64,000 bases of DNA from Promethearchaeia archaeon (GTDB lineage: Archaea > Asgardarchaeota > Lokiarchaeia > Sigyniarchaeales > SOKP01): NCBI GenBank assembly GCA_029856045.1, contig JAHQWG010000012.1, positions 1 through 64,000 of the forward strand, written 5' to 3'. The translations under genes were made by a program, and so were the position numbers. Positions within the stretch are counted from its first letter, which is position 1. Every line of letters begins with the position of its first letter. Shown here in pieces: positions 57,641-64,000 of the stretch. The notes under the pieces are model-generated. The model was not told the origin of the DNA and did no database searches. It was given only the letters and a program-made list of their open reading frames with translations.

Positions 57641-58717
57641 TTAAAAAAATAAAAAAGCAATTGATATAGTTACAGCGTTATAGACGCCATGCCCAACAAT
57701 ACATGCTGTTAAATTTTCCTTTCTCCAGATATATAATGCACCTAACATTAGGGAAATAATAAAATAAGGTGGGAAAAGCAAAAGAAACAATTCAGTTGGC
57801 ATAAGTATTGGAATTACATGGAAAAAAGTAAATAAAATAGCTGTAAAAATTAAAGCCCATTTTTGTCCAATATGTCTATCCCATCCTTTTTGAGTAAACC
57901 CTCGGAAAATTATTTCCTCCGATGGACCTACAATTAAAATCATCATTACTATCATTAAAATCAATTCTAATATGTTTGATGCTAGCATATCTGTAGTAAA
58001 ACCAGTTTCTTCTGCACTACCATATGCTCTTTCAAGAAATTCTGGACCAAATATTGACCCAAAAGTTAAGTCTGTTAAAAATGATACGAGATTAACTATG
58101 AAATATGCACTAACGGCAAATAATAGACCAATTAAAACTTCTTTTAAAATATAATTATCCTTATTTTCATTATTAAAAATACCTAGGAGTTTAATTCGAT
58201 TATTAAATGTAGGATGTTGAATATATCTACCAACATACCATATTGGAATAAAGAAAAAAATCAGTTCTGCAATTGTTGTTAGAGAAATAAATAAAGGACT
58301 AGTTAAAAATTCAAGAACCTCATAAGGATTTTCCATTGTAAAAATCAATGGAATAATAATAATTAACGATATAACTAGAATTAACACTTCAATTAGAATA
58401 AAAGAGAGAATAGGCAAGCCTAATGAACTAAAAATTCCCCATAATTTTTTCTTCTTGGTCTTGATTAACTCATCATCATTTAATTTTATTCTTTCATCGA
58501 TACGGGTTAATGGGATTGTAGATGGTAATGATTTATAATGCTTGAAGTACTGAATATCAAAACCACATTGCATACAGAACCTAATATTTTCAACTGAAGG
58601 CAACCTGTTACCACAACGGGGACAAAATTCCCATAAAGTATCTGTTGGTTTTTTGGGTAATTCCAATTCGATTTCGTCCTCTTTAAAATTCTTTTCATTC
58701 ATATTCTTCAAATCCAA
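57641..58717 (-). CDS. CPBP (Abi/CAAX) intramembrane glutamic protease with N-terminal Zn ribbon
   Basis: FCPRCG..FCMQCG; EEIIFRG, FH, HGVYN. Confidence 0.85.
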   Translation of the reverse strand: MDLKNMNEKNFKEDEIELELPKKPTDTLWEFCPRCGNRLPSVENIRFCMQCGFDIQYFKHYKSLPSTIPLTRIDERIKLNDDELIKTKKKKLWGIFSSLGLPILSFILIEVLILVISLIIIIPLIFTMENPYEVLEFLTSPLFISLTTIAELIFFFIPIWYVGRYIQHPTFNNRIKLLGIFNNENKDNYILKEVLIGLLFAVSAYFIVNLVSFLTDLTFGSIFGPEFLERAYGSAEETGFTTDMLASNILELILMIVMMILIVGPSEEIIFRGFTQKGWDRHIGQKWALIFTAILFTFFHVIPILMPTELFLLLFPPYFIISLMLGALYIWRKENLTACIVGHGVYNAVTISIAFLFF

Positions 58718-58786
58718 ACTATTATTAATATATCAATTTTTTTATTTTTAGTTTTGTAAAATATCAATATTATTCAAAAACAATTT

Positions 58787-60553
58787 TTATTGAGTAAAAT
58801 AACAAAACAATTCATTTTCTTTCAGTTTTATGGGGTTCACAAAACCATATCTTTCGAATTGAATGGTTTTATTCATGGGAATATCTAATAAATTCAATTC
58901 TCCATAACCTACTTCCATTAAACCATCAATTTTTAAAATTTTAACTCTAATATTTTCTTCTTGAAGAACCCAATGAATGATTTTAAAAGTTCGATTTAAT
59001 TCTTTGCTAGCAAATTCAGCATTAATACGATTAGTTGGCTTTAAAATTTCAGTTATTTTAATATTAAATAAGTTTTTTAAACGTATTTGATTGTTCTGAG
59101 TTAATTTCCCAGCATCACTTTTAGAGATATATACCTTCAATTTATCATCTATTATTCTACTCCTTATCAATCTTTTACCTTTTTTTGGATTAGTTGGTAA
59201 TAAAAGTGGTTCTGCCTTAATCTCCTCAAACGGAATACCCTTTATTATCAAAGATACGGGATTATTAACAAAAAAGTATCTATTCGAGATAGAATCAATC
59301 AATTCAGAATTTTTGGCATATAACCATTGATCAGAGAATGTAATTCCTGAAAGAGATAATCCTAAATTAAATAATGTTTGCCTTAAAGCTTCAGTTTTAA
59401 TACCCCGCTTTTTAAGAGATTGCAAACTCCAAGTTCTTGGATCATTCCATCCAATATAAGTTCCTTGTAAAATCGCATTTCTTGACAGTGTTTTACTGAG
59501 TTTTTTTTCAGGAAAATTTAATCTACCATAGTGTAGAAATTCACAGTATTCCCAATTAAATATATCCCAGATGAATTTCTCGATAATATCTTCTTTAACA
59601 AGATCAGATCCCCTTAAAATATGGGTAACTCCAATTAAATAATCATCAATTCCCCAAGAAAATTCAAGCATGGGCCAGACTCGATATTTAGTACCAACTC
59701 GTGGATGTTCTGCATCAGATATTCTCATAATAATTTGATCTCTTAAAGCAGGATCTTTCTGATCCATACCAGTTTTCAATCGAACAACAGCTGCCATCTC
59801 TTGATAATCACCATTTAACATTTTTTCCCAGCCTTCTAAATTTTTCTCGGGAGTATTATTACGATGAGGACATTCCTTTCCAGTTTTTTTATAGTTCTCC
59901 CTAAAATCATTACCTTCACATAAACAAACATATGCATTATTTTCAGTGAGAAGTTGTTTGCAATATTTATAGTATATTTCCAATCTATCACTCTTATAAT
60001 ATTCCTTATTATATTTTACTCCTAACCATTCCAATCCTTCCTTAATTAAGTCATACGCCTCAGGAAGAATATATTTAGCTTTTGGATCATTTCTCTTGGC
60101 TTTAGAACTACCGATTGTATCATCGTAAAACAAAATTAATTCTCCATTGTATCTTTTTACATATTCATTATTCAAAATAATCATTCGAGCATTTCCGATG
60201 TGTAAAGCTCCACTTGGATATGGTGCAAGTCGCATTACAACTTTTTTATAATTCTCTACATTTGGCAGATCTGGTAATGTTTTAAATTCTTCTACTTTTT
60301 CTTTCATTTTCTCTAAAGCAGATGGTTCTAAAGAGAACAATTTTTCTTTTTGCACATTTAATGATAAATTATTGATTTCCTCAATTATTGAATCTATTAA
60401 TGGCATTATATCTTTTAATTTTGAACGAATTTCACTATTTAAAGCTATTAACTTTCCAATAATTGCTTTTCTTTGGGCGATGCCTTCAAATTTTATAGCA
60501 TTTTTAAGCCCTACAATCCAAATAGATTTTTCTATATCTTCGCGGTTTAACAT
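58787..60553 (-). CDS. gltX: Glutamate--tRNA ligase
   Basis: RLAPYPSGALHIGN, THILRG, KLSKT, WNDPR, QFERYGF. Confidence 0.95.
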   Translation of the reverse strand: MLNREDIEKSIWIVGLKNAIKFEGIAQRKAIIGKLIALNSEIRSKLKDIMPLIDSIIEEINNLSLNVQKEKLFSLEPSALEKMKEKVEEFKTLPDLPNVENYKKVVMRLAPYPSGALHIGNARMIILNNEYVKRYNGELILFYDDTIGSSKAKRNDPKAKYILPEAYDLIKEGLEWLGVKYNKEYYKSDRLEIYYKYCKQLLTENNAYVCLCEGNDFRENYKKTGKECPHRNNTPEKNLEGWEKMLNGDYQEMAAVVRLKTGMDQKDPALRDQIIMRISDAEHPRVGTKYRVWPMLEFSWGIDDYLIGVTHILRGSDLVKEDIIEKFIWDIFNWEYCEFLHYGRLNFPEKKLSKTLSRNAILQGTYIGWNDPRTWSLQSLKKRGIKTEALRQTLFNLGLSLSGITFSDQWLYAKNSELIDSISNRYFFVNNPVSLIIKGIPFEEIKAEPLLLPTNPKKGKRLIRSRIIDDKLKVYISKSDAGKLTQNNQIRLKNLFNIKITEILKPTNRINAEFASKELNRTFKIIHWVLQEENIRVKILKIDGLMEVGYGELNLLDIPMNKTIQFERYGFVNPIKLKENELFCYFTQ

Positions 60554-60654
60554 ATTTATCTAAATTACTTCTAATTAATAATATTATTAGCTAAATTTTA
60601 TAATTTAACTAACTATAATAAATAGTAATAAACGCAAAAAAATTATTTCCTAAC

Positions 60655-61254
60655 ATGCCAAAATATTACAAAGGATACATTCTTATCAGATTACGGGAGA
60701 TAGGCTCAGAATGGAAAGTAGTAGAGAAAGTTAGAAATTTAAAATCAAGAGAAGATGATGAAGATGAAGATTGGTATGCTTTTTATTGTACTCCCATATA
60801 TGGATCGTGGGATATTTTATTGGAAATATGTCTTTCGAAGCATGAAGAATTAGATAAGTTGAAAACTTTTCTTAAAATCGACGAGGAATTATCTAAGATG
60901 ATTGAAGAATCCATAACATTAATTTCTATGAAGAATAATTTTGATGCTTCAAAAATAAAATCTCAAAATCTTTATTATCGTGCTTATGTTCTTATTAGAT
61001 TAAAAAAAATTGGGTTGGAAGAAGAAATTGTAAATAAAATAAAAGATTTAAGATCTACCGAGTATGGAGAAGATTGGTTAATAACATATGCTTCTCCGGT
61101 TTATGGAGGCTGGGATTTATTAGTTTCTATATCATTTTCTAAACTTTATGAATTAGATAAAATAATTACTAATTTACGTAGTGAAAAGGAGTTATCAACA
61201 ATTATCGAAGAAACTACCACGCTAATTGGAGCAAAGCAGAATTTTATGGGGTAA
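60655..61254 (+). CDS. Protein of two tandem Lrp/AsnC ligand-binding-like (RAM) domains, no HTH
   Basis: Internal repeat YxLIRL..IG.E...W....P.YG.WD.L......ELDK...EE..TLI occurs twice. Confidence 0.65.
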   Translation: MPKYYKGYILIRLREIGSEWKVVEKVRNLKSREDDEDEDWYAFYCTPIYGSWDILLEICLSKHEELDKLKTFLKIDEELSKMIEESITLISMKNNFDASKIKSQNLYYRAYVLIRLKKIGLEEEIVNKIKDLRSTEYGEDWLITYASPVYGGWDLLVSISFSKLYELDKIITNLRSEKELSTIIEETTTLIGAKQNFMG

Positions 61255-61280
61255 TACAAAAGAAAATAAAAAATAGAAAT

Positions 61281-62282
61281 TTAAGATAAACCATAAGATA
61301 ATTTAAGAAGGTCGTTATTTATAGCTCCAGCTGATATTGTCTTCCCGGTTTTTAAATTATTTACAGTATATAATGCTGGAGCGAAAAGTCCTGGGTCAAT
61401 ATCATAGAATTTATAGTCGACTTCTTTAAAGGTTTCAATGAAAGGTTTTCCATAGCTGGAAGATGTGTTTGATGGTGCTTTTTTAACAAGTTCCCACAAT
61501 TCTTCTTGTTTTTCTTTGTCAGTTTCAATTGTATAATATACACTTCCAGTTGCAATTAATGAGTCGTTAGTAACTCCCATCGCTTTTAAATCATCTTTTG
61601 CAATTGGGGCAATTGTGGTCGTTCCAAAACCATATTTAATCACATCTAACGGAAAATGTAACTCATGCAGTTTATGAATACCCGTTTCTACAATTCTTGA
61701 TGCTACTTGAATTGAGCCACATAAACATGCTGTGGGTGCGCAACATGCATAAGTATTACTAGGGCTTACTCCGCATTTTTTAGCCACTAATTCCATTACT
61801 TCCTCATTGGGTAATATTGCTGTTTCAAATACTAAAATTGCACAATCGGCATCATCTTTATACCCCAATTCTTCATATAAATCCTTTTCAACTAGCGACA
61901 GCGCTCTAGCAGGTCCAGAACCTAAAGATTCAAAAATTTTTTTCTTTTTGATTTCTCCATCAATTTCCACTTCTCTTTTTAGTTTTACATTCCACCCTGC
62001 GAATTGAGATGCCATACAAGCAATTATTGGCTCAGAAGTATTAACAGTAATAGCGGGAATATAATGTTTATCCAGCATATAATTTGTAAATTTTACAATT
62101 CCAAGACCTCCTAGACAAATTTCAGATAAAAATTTTCCAGCTCCATAAGATCCTTTACTAAAATCTAATACTGTGGCGCGATTTGACAGAGTATTAACTG
62201 AAACGTTTAATATTTCCTTATTTGCGATAACCCTCTTTACAATCTCTAAAGCTAATTTATTTACACTTAAAGGTGCTTCCAA
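61281..62282 (-). CDS. mch: Methenyl-H4MPT cyclohydrolase
   Basis: LSVN, CLGGLG, SQFAGW, GSGPARAL, APT, Q..SRIVETG.HK, ND, ID..LFAPA. Confidence 0.93.
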   Translation of the reverse strand: MEAPLSVNKLALEIVKRVIANKEILNVSVNTLSNRATVLDFSKGSYGAGKFLSEICLGGLGIVKFTNYMLDKHYIPAITVNTSEPIIACMASQFAGWNVKLKREVEIDGEIKKKKIFESLGSGPARALSLVEKDLYEELGYKDDADCAILVFETAILPNEEVMELVAKKCGVSPSNTYACCAPTACLCGSIQVASRIVETGIHKLHELHFPLDVIKYGFGTTTIAPIAKDDLKAMGVTNDSLIATGSVYYTIETDKEKQEELWELVKKAPSNTSSSYGKPFIETFKEVDYKFYDIDPGLFAPALYTVNNLKTGKTISAGAINNDLLKLSYGLS

Positions 62283-62456
62283 ATAATTTCACCATTAGAA
62301 TATTTTCTTGATTTTTTAAGTATTTATTAATTTACTCTGAAAATAAATAATTATTTATTTATAAATAAATACAAAATTAAAAAATAATTATATACTTAAA
62401 GTTATCAATTAAATTAACAAAATTTTGTATTCAAGTCTAATTTATGGTGTATCCAC

Positions 62457-63284
62457 ATACCCACTAAAATACAAATAATAAAATATTTAGATTTCTTTAA
62501 AAATCCTCCAATTCTTCTTGATGTCAATACAAATCGATTCATTGCCGAAATTGCAGGAAAAGACAGTATTGCTGCAGTGATTCTAGCACTTAAGGAGTAT
62601 GAAGTAAAGTCATTACTAGGAATTAGTTTGTATCATCGGGTTTTATATGGTAATAAAAATGAACCTTGGGAAAATTTCAACCTTCTAGTAGAGTTGTTTT
62701 TATCAAAAGAATTAGATTTCGTACCCTTTATTTATCTCGATGTCGGAAATTTATTTGAGCAATTAATTTTACATAATATTGCTATAGTTCAAAAATATTT
62801 TGGATATTTTACCCCATGTCCAGCATGTCATTTATTTTTTCATATGATGCGAATTCCTATAGCAAATTTCTATAATATTCAAAAAATCATAACAGGTGAA
62901 AGGGAATCTCATAATTCCGTTGAAAAGTTGAATCAAATTTCTGAAATTTTAGATTTATACAAATCTTTACTAGAAAAACATCAGATTGAATTGGTACAAC
63001 CCATACGGAAGATTAAACAAGATGTCAATATTTATCGAATTTTAGGTGATCAATGGAGAAATAATATTAACACATTAAAATGTAGTTTTTCAAATAATTA
63101 TTATGATGAAAACGGAAAAATCCCTTTTGAATTTGATAGAATTATGGATTCCATAACAAATTTTTACTTTCCTTTGTTTTCTTCCGTTATACATTTTATT
63201 AATACTCAACACGAGGAACCAGACGAACAATGGGTCCGAGAAAAAATCTTAAAGGTTATTGATACTTTAAAAGATAAAAGATAA
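62457..63284 (+). CDS. PP-loop (adenine nucleotide alpha-hydrolase-like) hypothetical protein; proposed ATA start
   Basis: In-frame AEIAGKDSIAA upstream of the track start 62577; TPCPACH, TGERESH, KLNQ, CSFS.NY. Confidence 0.65.
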   Translation: MPTKIQIIKYLDFFKNPPILLDVNTNRFIAEIAGKDSIAAVILALKEYEVKSLLGISLYHRVLYGNKNEPWENFNLLVELFLSKELDFVPFIYLDVGNLFEQLILHNIAIVQKYFGYFTPCPACHLFFHMMRIPIANFYNIQKIITGERESHNSVEKLNQISEILDLYKSLLEKHQIELVQPIRKIKQDVNIYRILGDQWRNNINTLKCSFSNNYYDENGKIPFEFDRIMDSITNFYFPLFSSVIHFINTQHEEPDEQWVREKILKVIDTLKDKR

Positions 63285-63306
63285 CAAGGGAGAAGTAATT
63301 AAAAAT

Positions 63307-63888
63307 CTACTCTGATTTATGAGATAAATTCTTATAAGCAAAAATAAATCGTTGAATTGCAGTTAAGTGAGTTCCAATTGCTAATATTACCATTGTCCAC
63401 CAAATAGCAAAAGGGATCCAGATTTGGATTATTGTGCCAATAATAAGTATTGGAATCCGGTCTGTCCGTTCCAGTAGCCCCACTCCACTTAAACTTACAA
63501 TACCCAGAGATTCTATTTTCGCTCTAGTATAAGAGGTTAAAAATGCACCGAAAATAACAATAAATCCAATTATTATCTCAGTAAATTCTCCAATAATAAT
63601 TCCAACAAAGATCAATATATCTGAATATCGATCTAATGTTGAATCTAAAAATCCTCCGAATTTTGTAACTCCTTGGAGTCGAGCGATTACACCGTCAAGT
63701 TGATCAAGCAAAAAGATAAAACAGAGGAATACAATATCTAATAAAATCCATTTAAAAGAGAATCCTAAAAATACTAAAATTGCAGAAATAAAACCACAAA
63801 TACTAATATAATTTGCTGGAATCTTTTTTAACTTCTTACCTAAAGGAAGTAGAAGCTTGTCTGAAAATTTTTTCACTCTAAATAACAT
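63307..63888 (-). CDS. pgsA: CDP-alcohol phosphatidyltransferase (archaetidylinositol-phosphate synthase-like)
   Basis: D.LDG..AR...TKFGGFLDSTLDRYSD, SYTRAKIES, ER.DR. Confidence 0.85.
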   Translation of the reverse strand: MLFRVKKFSDKLLLPLGKKLKKIPANYISICGFISAILVFLGFSFKWILLDIVFLCFIFLLDQLDGVIARLQGVTKFGGFLDSTLDRYSDILIFVGIIIGEFTEIIIGFIVIFGAFLTSYTRAKIESLGIVSLSGVGLLERTDRIPILIIGTIIQIWIPFAIWWTMVILAIGTHLTAIQRFIFAYKNLSHKSE

Positions 63889-64000
63889 TTATAACAAGAT
63901 AAAGATATATTTTATATTTGAAAATCTATTTGTATATTTTCTTTATTAAGTTAAATTCATTTAGTAACGCTTAAACAAAAAAAAAATAAGAGATTATTGA

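Noticed and set aside
2863-62007. Short overlapping/antisense ORFs in the track (e.g. 2863..3108, 4922..5269, 5889..6212, 13725..14216, 37177..37479, 40894..41274, 51298..51624, 51949..52284)
   Set aside because: They are shadows of well-supported genes, with no motifs and the F/S/I/L-rich composition typical of antisense frames.
1-64000. CRISPR array, rRNA, integrase/provirus
   Set aside because: No regularly spaced repeats, no long GC-rich structural RNA, and no integrase or capsid motifs were seen.

Overview
AT-rich archaeal chromosomal window. Gene content points to an Asgard archaeon, probably Lokiarchaeia: a Rab-like and two Rag/Arf-like small GTPases, a Bud23-like methyltransferase, eS25, a tailed histone, and H4MPT/F420 enzymes (mch, cofC-like, mtxX, FrhB). 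The main result is hidden from the ORF track. hdrA (25104..27077) is a single 657-aa gene with three in-frame UGA codons, and an unannotated mvhD (27116..27541) has two more. All five UGAs sit at conserved Cys positions. A single eukaryote-type SECIS hairpin (AUGA...AAA...UGA, perfect 8-bp stem) begins 2 nt after the mvhD stop. This selenoprotein pair is followed by an F420-binding FrhB and faces a convergent HdrD-like protein with a complete GltD/NfnB-like module inserted inside its first CCG domain, suggesting an unusual Sec-rich electron-bifurcation system. Other points: several genes appear to need AUA/AUU/AUC starts; the S13-S4-S11 cluster is broken; ThiI has a degenerate PP-loop and sits next to a ubiquitin-like sulfur carrier; a type IIG R-M gene lies beside a decayed transposase; there is an intron-containing tRNA-Ser(CGA); and a >1330-aa Ig-repeat surface protein runs off the left edge. 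All assignments come from manual motif reading; no database searches were run.
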